Below, piece by piece: positions 23,839 through 37,559 of a stretch of 64,000 bases of DNA (its first letter is position 1; each line of letters begins with the position of its first letter). The translations under genes were made by a program, and so were the position numbers. This DNA comes from Dipteris shenzhenensis (Eukaryota): the NCBI GenBank assembly GCA_047967505.1, contig CM106538.1. One strand, given 5' to 3'. The notes under the pieces are model-generated. The model had not been told where the DNA came from and searched no databases. It was given only the letters and a program-made list of their open reading frames with translations.

Positions 23839-26800
23839 TGTTGAGATATCAAGCTCCATTCATGATATGCCAGGAAACCATTGTGCATTTATGTCACCGG
23901 CTTGTTAGCTACAGATGTGGTTGGTACACCACCCATGAATAATAGCTGGATGACAGCTATCCTTATGTACTCTAGTTCCTGGCTCAGTTAGTATGCCACC
24001 TTAGTTAGTTGAGTTTGGTTTGAGACCCACATATAGGGTTCTTCTATTTCTTTGTTCTAGTGTTTTTTTTGGCTTTCACAACTAAGAAGAGGAAAATTGC
24101 TTTCAGCCTCCACCTTTGTGTGTATTCCCCCATTGTGTATGTGAGAAAGCCACAAGTGAGACTCCTTCCCTCTCTCCCACTATCTTCACATGGTATCAGA
24201 GCCTGGTTCGTGGTAAGGAGCTCAAGAAAGCAAACCAAGTTCATGGTGTCCTGGTAAGAGGACCAGTGTTGCTTTCCTTTTTCGAGTTTGGGAGCAAATC
24301 TCTACAGGTAGCACAGCCGGAAAGTGCAAGAGTGCATTGTCTCAGATTGAGATGCCCTTCGCGGTGTGGTGAGAGGGCAGTATATGCTGCGGGTCCAGGC
24401 AATGCCCTCGGTGACTTTATTTTTCTGATTCGAGGCCATTTCGGGGCCCGTTTTGGAGGTGGAAGTTCTCCACAAGCATTGAGAAAAAGGCCCTGTTTTT
24501 GATGTGCGACCACTCCTCCACAGGTCGGTGAAAAGTTGCCACAGAAATTGCATCATATGCCTATGCGCAGAGATATTGGGAGTTACAGAATCATCCTTTT
24601 TGACCGTTCATGCAAAATCGTCACTAGGAAGTGATTGTCTGGTCAAATACCACTTTCGTCAGTTTTGCAAATTTGCCCTTGTGAGGCAAAAGCTGTGTTT
24701 TTTGCAGTGATAGAATATTTTACAGTGTTCTATAATGGCATCTAATTCTCTTTCATAGATTCTCATTGAAAATCTTGACAAGAACAACTTCCAAGCATGG
24801 AAGTTTAGAATGACGAATTTCCTTATGGGAAAAGGCTATTGGGAGTTCATTACAGGAAATGAAGAAGAACCAGTTCTTCCTAACGTTCCTAATCAACAGG
24901 AAATGCAGGCATTTAAAGGATGGCATGAGAGAGCAAGAAAAGTTATGTACTAGCTGTCTATCAATATTTCAGATTCCATGATTGTGCATATTCAGGATGC
25001 AAGTACGCCAAAGGAGGCATGGGGTACTTTGGCAAAAATGTACAGCACAAATACACAAGCCAGGAAAATGCAGCTCAAGCAGGAGTTGCACAATGTGCAG
25101 AGAGAAAATATGAGCATCAATGACTACCACATGAACGTGAAGAAAATTGCAGATGCACTTGCTTCCATTGGGTCGCCAATGGAAGATGATGATTTAGTTT
25201 CTATGACCTTGAATGGTCTGGGAAAGGATTATGCACAGTTCTGGACATCCATTACCATTCGTGAAAAATTTCTTGATTTTGAGGAATTGTTTGCTCTTCT
25301 AATTTCTAAAGAGCAGAGAAATGGTGGTGCATCTTCTGCAAGAGGAACTTCAAAAGAAACTATCTTCTACTCAAATGCTGGAAGAGGTAGAGGTAGAGGT
25401 AGAGTAGGCCGATCTGGAGGCCATGGTAGAAATCAGAATATGTAGCAAACTCAAGAAAACCAGTCCTATGGAGGAGGACGTGGTAACTCTAGAGGCATGG
25501 GGAGCCAAAGAGGTCATGGTGGATGGCAGAGAGGCCAAAATGCAAACAGCAATGTTGAATGCTACTACTGTGGTAAAATAGGTCATATGGCTAAAGACTG
25601 CTATAAAAAGAAGAATGACATCATGAATGGAAAATTGCAGCAAGGGAATTATGCATCTTCTAGTAGACAAGGTGATGACAAAAATGAGCATATGTTTATG
25701 GTGCACCACATGACCAAACCTATGACAAGTGTAGAAGAAAGCAATGATGTGTGGTATGTTGACTCAGGTGCGTCAAACCACATGACAGGTCATGCAGAAT
25801 TAATGTAGGATGCAAGGAAAATGGAAAGACCAGGATTTGTGGAGATTGGTGATGATATTGCACATTCTATTGTGCCAATTGGTAAAAATTCTTTGTCTAT
25901 GCAGGATGGGAAAAAGAAATACCTATCTGATGTATTTCATATCCTGAATATCACCAAGAACCTGGTTTCTATTGGTCAAATGGTTGAGCAGGGCTTGCAG
26001 GTCAGATTTAATCCTCATGGATGCTTTGTTGAGGATATGAAAAATAACGGTCGCTTGATAGCAAAAGGAAAGAAGAAGGGCAGGATGTTTACATTGGATG
26101 TGGACATGCCTAAATTGAGTGTAGCAATGTTTGCAATGTTTACATTGGATGTGGACATGCCTAAATTGAGTGTAGCAATGTTTGCACATGGGATCGGTGT
26201 AGTTGTAGATATTGATATCTGGCATAAACGCATTGGTCATGTTAATGTACATTGACTTAAATCAATGCAGGCCCAAAATATTGTTGCAGGATTGCCTAAA
26301 TTCAAGGTTACAAAAATGCATAAGGTATGTGAAGCCTGTCAATTTGGAAAACAGGCAAGGAAACCATTTCCTAGACATGTTCAAGAGAGTAAGAAGCCAT
26401 TGGAATTAATCCACTCTGATGTCTGGACTACTAAAGCTACATCTATTGGAGGCTATCATTATTTTGTCACTTTTATTGATGACTACAATAGAAAAGTTTG
26501 GGTGTACTTTATGAAAAAGAAAAGTGAAGTATTTGGGCATTTCAAAGCTTTTAAAGCTATGGTTGAAAAAGAAATAGGCCTACAAATAAAATGGCTAAGG
26601 TCAGATGGAGGGGGAGAGTACCTCTCAAACAAGTTTGCAAGGTTCCTGCAGGAGCATGGCATAAAGCAGCAATACTCATGTAGTCATACCCCACAACAAA
26701 ATGGACTTGCAAAAAGGAAAAACAGGCATATTGGAGAGGTATCTCGGGCCATGCTAAATGAAAAAGACCTACCAGATTATTATTGGGCTGAAGCAGTTGC

Positions 26801-29433
26801 TACAGTAGTTTACATAATGAACAGGACTCCCACTGTAGCAATACATGGCATGACGCCAGAGGAGATGTATAATATTAGGAAACCAGTGAAAATTTTTGGT
26901 GCATTGCCTATGTTCATGTGCCAGATGAGTTGAGGTCCAAGTTGGATCCAAAAGCTGAGAAGTGCATCTTTATTGGTTATTCTCTGTAGCAGAAAGGGTA
27001 TAGATGCTATAACCCTTCTACTCGTAAGTTTACAGTGAGCAGAGATGTTGTTTTTGATGAGATGAGCAGTTGGTATAAACCAGTAAATGTGAATGATGAT
27101 GTAAATGCACAAAATGGTAATGCTGGACAGAATTCACAAGAGCAATCACAAAATATTAGTGGACCTGTAGTGTCCTCTGGCAGTGGTTCACATACTTTGC
27201 CATGGACAGGTAGATTGAGATCAGAGGAATCTCCTCAAAGCAATGCAGATAGTGGTATGCAGGTATCACAAAAAGGAAAAGAGAAGGTAGATCAGCCCAT
27301 GTTTGATGTGAATGCATGTCACTTTTATGTGGATGGTTAATCCAGTGGCTCAGAACAGAGCATTGATGATGAGTTGGGTATTCCTTCTGTTGTTACACCT
27401 AGAGTAAGGAAGACTAGGGATGTTTTGAGAGCACCTGGAAGTGAGCCTATTTTGCGCAGGTCTACCAAAGCTAGGTATCCTATGGATAGGCTTAAATATG
27501 ATGGATTTACAACCATTCACTATGCCTATATGGTCAAAGTGATACAGGAACTAGAACCCACTTCTTTTGAGCAAGCCATGGGAAAAGAAAAATGGGAGAA
27601 AGCCATGGATGAAGAAATGGATGCCTTGGAAGCAAATGCTACATGGGAATTGGTGCCTTTGCCTAAAGACAAGAATGCAATTGGCTGTCAGTGGGTTTAT
27701 AAGGTGAAGCACAATGCAGATGGTTGTGTGAACAGATACAAGGCAAGATTAGTTATCAAGGGGTATGCACAAACATATGGCATTGATTATGAAGAAACAT
27801 TCAGTCCGGCTGTAAGGATGGCAATCGTAAGAGCAGTCATTGCTATGGCTGCATTAAATGGATGGTCTTTACATCAGATGGATGTAAAGAATGCCTTCTT
27901 GCATGGTGATTTGCAAGAAGAGGTCTTTACGGAGCAGCCACCAGGTTATGTTCATGCTGTTCATCCTAAGTTTGTTTGCAGATTGAAGAAAGCCTTGTAT
28001 GGCTTGAAGCAAGCACCTAGAGCATGGTCTGTCAAGATAGGATAGTATCTTGTCACTATTGGCTTTTAGATTTCCAAGGCAGATTTCTCACTTTATGTGA
28101 GAAAAACAGAGAAAGGTATTATGTTGCTTGTCATTTATGTTGATGATTTGATTATCACAGGTGATAGTGATGAAGATATCCTTCATGTGAAAATGCTATT
28201 GAAGCACAAGTTTGAGATGAAGGATTTGGGAGAGCTACGTTATTTCTTGGGCATTGAGGTGATTAGATCACCAAGTGGGATACAGCTCTTGTAGAGGCAG
28301 TATGGATTGGACATGCTATCCAAATATGGGATGACAGGCTGTAAGCCTATTTCAGTTCCTTTGGAGTAGAATGTGAAGCTGAGCGTAGATGCAGGTGAGC
28401 TTTTGGAAGACCCTACTATGTACAGATGCATAGTAGGAAGTTTGATTTATATGACTATCACCAGGCCAGATTTGAGCTATGCTATTGGACTGGTAAGTTA
28501 GTTTATGCAGGCTCCAAGGAAACCACATTCGGATGTGGCTAGACACATACTCAGGTATGTGAAGTCCACATCACAGTATGGACTATTTTATGAGACTGGG
28601 GTTCAGATACAGTTGCATGGATACATTGATGCTGATTGGGCTGGCAGTATTTCTGATAGACGATCTACCAGTGGATATGTGTTCTCTTTTGGGAGTCTGC
28701 AGTCACTTGGAGTAGTAAGAAACAGCCTACAATTGCCTTGTCAAGCACAGAGGCTGAGTACAGGGGTGCAACAATGGTTGCATGTGAGGTAGCTTGGTTG
28801 CATAAGCTACTTTATGATATGCATCAGGGTCCAGTTCTCGTGACAATATGAGCAGTATACATTTGGCAAATAACCCAGTCTATCATGCTAGAACAAAGCA
28901 CATTGAGGTGCATTATCACTATGTGCAGGAGAAGGTTTTACTAGGTCTTATCAATCTAGTTTATGTCATCATAGAGGATCAGGTAGCTGACATATTCACG
29001 AAGGCATTGGGCGCAGAGAATCTGCGCAAGTTCAGAGACCTGCTTTGTGTGCAAGATTTGGGATTGAGCTCGAGGGGGAGTGTTGAGATGTCGAGCTCCA
29101 CTCGTGATATGCCAGGGTGACTGTTGTTCATTTATGTCACCGACTTGTTAGCTGCAGATGTGGTTGGTACACCGCCCATGAATAATAGCTGGATGACAGC
29201 TATCCTTATGTACTCTAGTTCCTGGCTCAGTTAGTATGCCACCTTAGTTAGTTGAGTTTGGTTTGAGACCCACATATAGGGTTCTTCTATTTCTTTGTAC
29301 TAGTGTTCTTTTTGGCTTTCACAACTAAGAAGAGGAAAAATGTTTTCAGCCTCCACCTTTGTGTGTATTCCCCCATTGTGTATGTGAGAAAGCCGCAAGT
29401 GAGACTCCTTCCCTCTCTCCCACTATCTTCAGA
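23839..29433 (+). mobile_element. Full-length degenerate Ty1/Copia LTR retrotransposon with 5-bp TSD CAGAC
   Basis: LTRs 23839-24190 and 29081-29433; PBS TGGTATCAGAGC 24191; gag, CYYCGKIGHMAKDC, WYVDSGAS, GAG-pre-integrase, integrase, RT, RNase H; many stops; CAGAC at 23834-23838 and 29434-29438. Confidence 0.97.
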
Positions 29434-31034
29434 CAGACTTCAGAGTAATATGCATTCACGTAAAAGCACAATTAAGCATTGTGTATGCACTTCAAATCAC
29501 GAAAAATTCTAGCACCTACCTACTTATGAGAACTTTCTTCTACTCTCGATGCTCTCTAAGAATTCAACCTCTCCCTATTGACAAGTGTCATGGAGGAGCA
29601 AAGGCTGAAAGAAGAAATAGTAATTGACACTCTACATCCCAATGATTTATCAATCAATGATGCAACAATAACATAAAAAAGAGAGGAAGAAGACACTTTG
29701 GTAGATTAGAAATTCCAATGTACCATGGATGAGGGGATCCTATTAGATTCGTTCAACTCTTTGACACAACATGTTGTGCTAGAGGTGACCAATCAAATGA
29801 GATTAATGCCGCATAGTTTCCCATGTTGTTAATTGATGAGACCTAGAAATGGTACCTAGATCTTCTTGTAGAGGAAAGAGCCACATGGACACTACTATCC
29901 AAGCAATTCAAAAGAAGGTTCCAAACCAAAAGGCTACAAGATGACCCTGTCCTCCAACTAGGAACTATGGAAACACAAAAAAAGGAGAAGGTTAGAATAC
30001 ACTTGGGTAGAATGAAGATATTGATAGCCAAGTATGTTCCCCATCTTGAAGACAAGTACCTAATTGCATGATTCATCTCTGGAGTAATAAAGGCCATTCA
30101 CAAAGATATGAAAAAAGTTAGCAAAACTATGCACATTTTTGCAATGCTCATGAAGCTGTAATTGACATCAAGGATGGCATGACTGACTCTTACAGCAATA
30201 GTGACTATAAATCAAGTCCTTGCAACAAGAAATCTTCCAAGAAGGGAAGAAATTACATAAAGGATCACACCATAGAGACCAAGACTCCTCATCTGTTGTT
30301 GAACCATTGATGTGACAGACATGCAAGAAGATCTGCAAGAGACTATAGGGGCCTTCATCATATATGCCCTTGAAGTTTTGAAATTTGACCTTAATGTTGC
30401 TGCTAGACTTAGACTACTCTGCTCCATAACTTGAGTAGGCAAGTATTCCACTTGGAAGGACTGAGTTACTATCCTTCCACCTACCATAACCACCATGTAT
30501 ATGAGGTTGTTGTAGACTCTCCCTTAGTTGGTTAGTGTTGTCCTCAGGTTGTAGAGGTACAATTTGATGTATGTATATTGGCCGAGTAGAATTTCTATCT
30601 TTTGTAAGAGGAACTCGAGAAAATTGACTTAGTTGCTCCACATTCACCTTGGGTCTTTGGTGGTGTCTCTCTCCATCAGAAGCATGCCACTCTTCCCATC
30701 GGTTGTTTCTTGGACCATTAGCTATACCTTCATATCTTTCCTGGTATAATTCTTTTGGAATGATAGCTCAGTATTTTTGAAGATGCTCTCTTCATCCTTG
30801 GAGTTTGTCTTTGCATTGATTTTGATGTTCCATTGAGGAAATGGAAATCCACTCAAAATCCAAGCTCTCTGTAGATGAATGCTCAAACTCCACTTGTGAG
30901 GATGGACCTTCATCTGCCAATCTCCTGGGATGCCTCATCCCAAAACCAATGTTCTATCCTTCTAGCTCTCTATAGTAATCAACTTCTACCCCTGGGGTAG
31001 TGTAGCCAAGTCTCTCTCCTCACGCTCATTACCA

Positions 31035-31331
31035 GGGATCTTTTTTATCGAAGCTATACTTATATATTAGTATAAAATCTTGGCAAAAGTTTACCGAACT
31101 AGTTTTTTTAGTTTCACAATATTTATAGAGTATATTACAATTTTATATATTTTCTTTTGAATTTTAAGAAAAAGTTGTAAATCCTGGCGAAACATTGAAT
31201 TTTTTCTCATAAAAGTTTCAAAATTTGGTGAATTTTTCAAACCTTTATTTTTATCAAGGCATACAAACTTTCAACACCAATATAAAAGTTTCTCTTCTTA
31301 ACGAAACTAATATGAAAAAATCACCCACGCT
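31035..31331. mobile_element. MITE-like family B, copy 2 (inverted relative to copy 1)
   Basis: GGCATACAAACTTTCAACACCAATATAA..GAAACTAATATGAAAA is the reverse complement of ~3285-3345. Confidence 0.6.
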
Positions 31332-33891
31332 CATTACTCATGTTGGATAGTTGGTTCTTACACTAGCCTCCTTTGGGCATTGAACTTTGTATCTAACTTA
31401 GAAAAGGTGCTTGGTGTTAACCAAACCTAGTGCCATTCTCGATGAATATTTCCTCTCTTGTAGTCCTAAGGATGGAGTGCTCACATGCTAGAACAAATGA
31501 CAACATTCACTTGAAGTTCAAGGTTAGCTATGATAGGAGAACTATATGATGATGAGAGAATATCGAGTCACACACACACACTTAAAGAATACACTTAGAA
31601 GAATACAAAGTGCATTACATCAACAAAGTCAAGTACATGAGCAAACAATATCCACTTGTATTGAAACCACTCAAACTATCTCAAGTACAACCAAGCTACC
31701 TCAACTTGCAATGAAAACTCCCTATCCTAGCAAGCTTAGGTCAAAAGAAGAGAACTCGACACATTTCTCTCTTGTTCTCTTCTCTTCCTATTACAAACAT
31801 ATCAACTACCTAACAAAACCACCTTCTAGCACTTGGTGTGCCAACCCACATGTCTTGATTGGTGGTGACACCACAATCTCCTACACCTTTGCTACAAAAT
31901 GGTGTTCAGTTGAGACTCCACTGCTTCCCAGGTTGGCACCCAGTGTCCACACTTAGACCTATAGATCCATGTTAGCCTAACCCAAGGGATAACATGTGCA
32001 CTTTGCATGCTCTCCTTTTTGCCTCATTTCACTATGCACTAGTTTTGTTGCATGCTTTGCATGCTATTCTCTTCTAATGGTTGGTGAGACTTTGTCTCTC
32101 TTCTACATAGTTCTAATGGTGGTTGAAACTCTCTCTCTTCTATGTTGTAAGATTTCAGCAATTTCTTTGCACTTTGCTCTTGTGATGGTGGGTGTACCTT
32201 TGTCTCTCTTCTACATAATACTATGGAAAGGCATGGATGCGTCTGCTCTACTGCTGCAGTGTGTTGCATTCTATTGGCCTCCATGTGCCATTTCCTATGT
32301 TGGTAGATTAAAGTGATTTCCTTTGTGGATGTTGTCCAATCTCATGGACCTAGTCTTCTGTCCCTTTGAATCTCTACATGAAATAAGTTCATTTACATGG
32401 TTCTGTTCGAGGATATATTGAAATGGGTATACATGTTTTTCTCTATCCTGTGAGCTATGGTGAGGGATGTCATTTCACAATTTTATTGAGGGATCTTAGT
32501 TTTTACTACATAGCAAAACTACTCCCAGACAAGAGCTAGTTGCCAAGTGTAAGAATAATGCTTTGGAATCCATTGACGGGCTTTGGTTTAGAAATTTCTT
32601 GACGGATTTGAGTTTCTACTATGTAGAAAAAGCATATTCTTCATCTTTTATTTGGTGAACATGCCTTAATGACTAGTATCAGTGGACAATATGACACTGT
32701 TTTATTTGTGGATAGTATTGACTACATTGAAAGGTTCAATATACCAGGAAGTCGTGAGAGATTTGTGAATATATTGTAGATTTTTAATTGTTTGCAAACT
32801 TTTAAATGGAATTTATAGAAGTTGTTTTCCATTCTTCTAATATTGATGGAGGTGGCAGTATAAAGATTCAATCTTTCACATTTTTATTCTTTGATTTTGT
32901 CCAAAATTTAATTCTAGGACTTAGGAAGTGATGGTACATTTTTGAAAATATTTTTATATTCTTAAGAATGCTTTAGGTCTTATAAGTGGATTTATTCTTT
33001 GTAGTTACACTTTAATTTTCTACCAAATTTAGTTTTTGAATGCTTTTAGTGATGTTTATATAGTTTTGCAAGGTTACGTATGGTTTAAAGTCAATAAATA
33101 TACATTTAAACTTTCATTTTTGTATGCATTTAGTACCAACATTTATATAGTTATAGATGTTTTAAGATGTGAAGTCTTTTCATGTGTGTACCAAAAGTAA
33201 ATATGCATTTACACTTTTATCTCAATACATGCTTATTTTTTCATATTTTATTACTTTAAATTTGTGAAATTTTTAGTTTTTGAATTTATATGTTTATGTT
33301 TATTTATGTACAGATGTTTATATAGTTGCAAATGTTTTTAGATAAAAAAGTTTGTTTTCGAATCTACTTTTTTTGGTAGGAAGTTTAGTTTTTGAAAGAG
33401 GGGGATAGAGCAGCTTGAGAATCGGTTGTGTGTGGAGAAGACAATGGTATGATGTAAAGGATAAATTTCTTTTTGGTATGATGAGAACAAGGTCAATGCC
33501 CTTGTGGAACATGATGATTTCATTTAGTGTGACATTTGTGTTTTAGGTTATTGGGCCAATGCCTTTAATTTATAAATTGTGCATATTTCTTTCTCATAAT
33601 TTGCTTTGTAGCTTTACCTCATGGGAACCTTGTACTTTATTCTCAGGGGGTGCACCTACTAATATAGTAGACCCTATGTATAATGTGCATTCAAAGGGTA
33701 TGTAAAAAACCCTTTCCTAAAATAGTTTCATGAATTAAATGACCCCTTTTTCTTTATGAGCTTACGGGTTTTTTTTTATAAATTGCTTTGAAAAACCCAT
33801 CTATAAATTAATTTTTGTAAATTTACCTTAAAGATTTGAATTAGGAAACCCCTTCATTTGAATGCACGTGGTAACTTACATATATGCTATG

Positions 33892-36531
33892 TGTTGGAAC
33901 ACTGAAAGGAAAGAGTGGAGTGGACACAAAATCAGAATACTTGCTTATGGAATGAAGAAAAGAGAGGTCCTTAAGTAGGCACCTCATACAAGGTCACTGA
34001 CATCACTGATGACCTCAAAGCTCCACAATCATCTCCTCAATCTGCTCCTAGATTCACTCAATCATCCTATGTGGCTTTTCCACCACCTAACTGTGCTTGT
34101 GGGCACCTAACTGTGCCTCTAGCACTCACACATAGAAACATAAGGTGTGCCTGAGGCATACACCTTGAGATATCCCAACAAACCCCCCCTCAAGGAAATG
34201 CCTCAGGCTATGTCAAGGATACATCTAGTCTCATAGTTTCTCATGCCATCTCATGGTGGTCAAGGATAAATCTATGGCTAGGTTCTCATGCTAGCAAGGG
34301 TTCCCTTGGGTGTAAGGTAAACAAAAAGGGATACAAACAGTCCTTCCAATGGTTATCTCCCCTGCATGTACATGCACACAATGTCTGCAGGAGGTACCAT
34401 GGAACAAAACATACACATGGCCTACATCATAAGGTGACCAGAGGTGTTTACAAAACACACAAAACACAATAGTTTATTTTCATTCATTTTGGAGGACTAT
34501 CTAGGCTGAGTACCTTGACATAAAAAGAGAGATCTGGAGCATACATAGAGATGATTTAAAATGCATAATCTTCAAAGGATGCCTCATCTTGTGGAGGCTC
34601 ATTCACTGTAAGTAGATTTGCATTTTCTGTCTTTTCTTTGGCTCTGCAAAACTTCTCACTATGGTTATTTTTGCCACAGTGCTTGCATGGATTAACTTTG
34701 AAGCAGTCCTTTGAAAGGTGATTTGTCTTTCCACAGTGATTGCAAGGAGTATACTTGCCCTTTTGGAATTTCATAACATAAGCAGTGTCATTGCCTTTCC
34801 TTAGCTCCATATGCCTTTCTTCTTCTTGGAGAGCTGAGATAATGCCTTCAAGGTTAGGATTGGGAAGATTCTTCAAAGTGCTAACCATGTGATCAAAACT
34901 TTCAGGCATACTCTTAAGTAACACTGCCATAGCATCATCAGGGGTGATAGGAGAGTTGATAGAAGCTAATTGAGTCATAAGACTCCGCATATAGTTGACA
35001 TGAGTAGCTAAAGTAGTATCACTTGCCATCTTTAATTCAAAGAAAGAGATTTTAAGTGATAGTTTAGAGATGTGAGAGCTTGCACCAAAAATCATGTCTA
35101 GCTTCTGCCAAGCTTCCGAAGGAGACTCCAAGTCAGAGATATGATGTATGTAATCATCACCCAAAGCTAAAGCAATTATACCATATGCTTTTTCTTCTCT
35201 TGCTGGATCCCTTGCCGGTCGTGTCAGAGTTGAAGATTGTCCAGCATTGGAGGCCGTAGAAGAAGTGGTAGGAGTAGGTTTGACAAGTCCCCATAAGTTC
35301 TCCCGCATCAATGCAAATTTCACCTTCATTTGCCATGTATGGAAGCCCTTTCCATTGAACTTCTCAAGATTATATATGGTAGCCATGAGAGGGTCTAACC
35401 CAGATATTGGGTAGTGTCTATCTCTCTTACAAGGCAAAAATAACTGAAAGACTTCCAAAATATGAGCACTTGATGTAGCAAATAGTAGTGACTAGATTTC
35501 AAACAATGATGCTTCTTTTTACATGCTTCATAGAAGTGGATGAAATAAACACTTTCCAATCAAAACCAGGTCTAGCAAGTCAAAACAAAATTGAAGCAAC
35601 ACTTGTAGTGAAGTTATTGAAAACTTCAAAAGACCAGAAATGCTAGAGTAGCATTTTATGTAGCATCATTTTCAAAGGCTTGTCAAAACTGTCAAAACTA
35701 GAGAGCTGAACTTGGAGGGCTCATAGCTCACTCTTCAAAGCAAAAGAAAGGGGGCTTTCTAAGGCAAAAGAAAGCTGGTATACCACAGTAGATCCACTGG
35801 GAAGAAGAGGTGAAAAAATGTGTCAGGTCGCCTTCTCCTTCTTCGACAAAGTCGACTGGTTTTTCTCTGTTTTCTCCTTCAATATGCAGCCATTGCTGCT
35901 CAGATTTCAGCACAAGGTATCTCTAGGTATGGAGAAGCTTGCCCTGAAAGGAATTAGACAAAGACAGAGCAGGCGCAGAGAAAACGCAGCAAGAAGATTC
36001 GACGAACTTCATACAATGGCGACCAGCAGAGCTTGTAATTCTTCAATTCCTTGCAGCCCGAAATTTGCCCCAACAAGAGGGATCTCCGGCTGGAAGGGCG
36101 TGGGAAATGGGTGAGAATCGGAGGAGAACAATCTCAAGAAAATTTTTGGAAGAAGAGGGAGAGATGGTGAAGAAGAAGAAGAGGAAGAAGATGATCATGT
36201 GGCAGAAATGGGCTCAAGGAGGATCAAATGGCTCTGATACCATGTTGGAACACTGAAAGGAAAGAGTAGAGTGGACACAAAATCAGAATACTTGCTTATG
36301 GAATGAAGAAAAGAGAGGTCCTTAAGTAGGCACCTCATACAAGGTCACTGACATCACTGATGACCTCAAAGCTCCACAATCATCTCCTCAATCTGCTCCT
36401 AGATTCACTCAATCATCCTATGTGGCTTTTCCACCACCTAACTGTGCTTGTGGGCACCTAACTGTGCCTCTAGCACTCACACATAGAAACATAAGGTGTG
36501 CCTGAGGCATACACCTTGAGATATCCCAACA
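33892..36531 (-). mobile_element. Gag-only non-autonomous Copia-like LTR element (TR-GAG-like), 2640 bp, TSD CTATG
   Basis: 289-bp LTRs 33892-34180 and 36243-36531 with one mismatch; PBS at 36231-36242; PPT 34181-34195; no pol. Confidence 0.95.
34556..35386 (-). CDS. Intact Copia-type Gag (276 aa) with two CCHC knuckles
   Basis: MATIYNLEKFNGKGFHTWQ...; CNHCGKTNHLSKDC and CKHCGKNNHSEKFC; ATG at 35386. Confidence 0.9.
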   Translation of the reverse strand: MATIYNLEKFNGKGFHTWQMKVKFALMRENLWGLVKPTPTTSSTASNAGQSSTLTRPARDPAREEKAYGIIALALGDDYIHHISDLESPSEAWQKLDMIFGASSHISKLSLKISFFELKMASDTTLATHVNYMRSLMTQLASINSPITPDDAMAVLLKSMPESFDHMVSTLKNLPNPNLEGIISALQEEERHMELRKGNDTAYVMKFQKGKYTPCNHCGKTNHLSKDCFKVNPCKHCGKNNHSEKFCRAKEKTENANLLTVNEPPQDEASFEDYAF

Positions 36532-37559
36532 CTATGTGATCCCCTCGAGACTTTATTTGATAATGGGGAGAAATAAAAAAGGCTAAAGGGCCATTAGATA
36601 GGCAAAGGGGGATAAAAAACTATCGTTCTCTCAGTAGCAAGTTCCTCTATTGTAGACCAGTGTTGGATTTCTAAAGGGCCTTCCTATTTTGTTATGCCCC
36701 TTCTTGTAGGAGCAGAGGCTCAAAGTTCGAAAGTCCTATCCATGATGTTTTAGTATTATATCACTAAGCTGTAATCAAAAGCATTTTAAAAGACCACTAA
36801 TCAGGTTACAAGGCTAGCATGCTAAGGTCTTGATTTGAGGGATATGAAAGGGGAAACGTATCCCAATCATCAAGTAGTATGATTGGCTTAGGGCATGATG
36901 GTGTAACATTTATGCTAGAAAAACACACCAATGCTTGGGGGATTTAAGAAGGGCATGGGGAGGGTAGCAACCAGGTCATTGTTGATGAGTGCCTTCCAAT
37001 TCTTGGTATTCCTATGATATGTACATGTTGTGTCCCTTGACCTTGGAGTTAAGTATTGGTGACTACTCCTTGCCCTTGGCTTTCACTACTGGTGACTACT
37101 CCCATGGGCAAGATTTTTTGCTCATATAGTGACTTGCAGACTTGCCAATCTTCATGATAGCTACAATGGAAGGTTATGGATAGTCATACCATATATGTAG
37201 TCTAGCATATTGTACTTTAGTGGAATTGATTTATATTTAGGTAGACGTGATTCCCTCATCAAGTGTAGACAAGGCATATAGGGAATAGATATAGACATCA
37301 AGCATCGTGCTCTATCAAGTATGCTGATGTGAGAGCAAAGATGATCTTGAAAAATTATGTGCCTCTAGAAGAGTGGCAATGGATATAGATAAGTTTTGAG
37401 ATGAAATTATGAATACAACATCAATTCTTAATGTGTTTGCAAAGGTTAGTAGGCATAAGTCAACATATGTGGCTTTTGCACATTATTTGAGTAGGTCATG
37501 AGTAAGTTGTTACATATATGTTGCCATCTATTTTTCTACCTCTAATTCAATCATTGAAG

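Larger units (their letters stand above)
33642..36549. mobile_element. MITE-like family A, copy 3, split by an LTR element
   Basis: CTCAGGGGGTGCAC start; TTGAATGCACGTGG..CTATG | insertion | CTATGTGATCCCCTCGAG end. Confidence 0.8.

Noticed and set aside
29600-30950. Possible Gypsy gag/protease relics
   Set aside because: Too degenerate to assign strand, boundaries or family by eye
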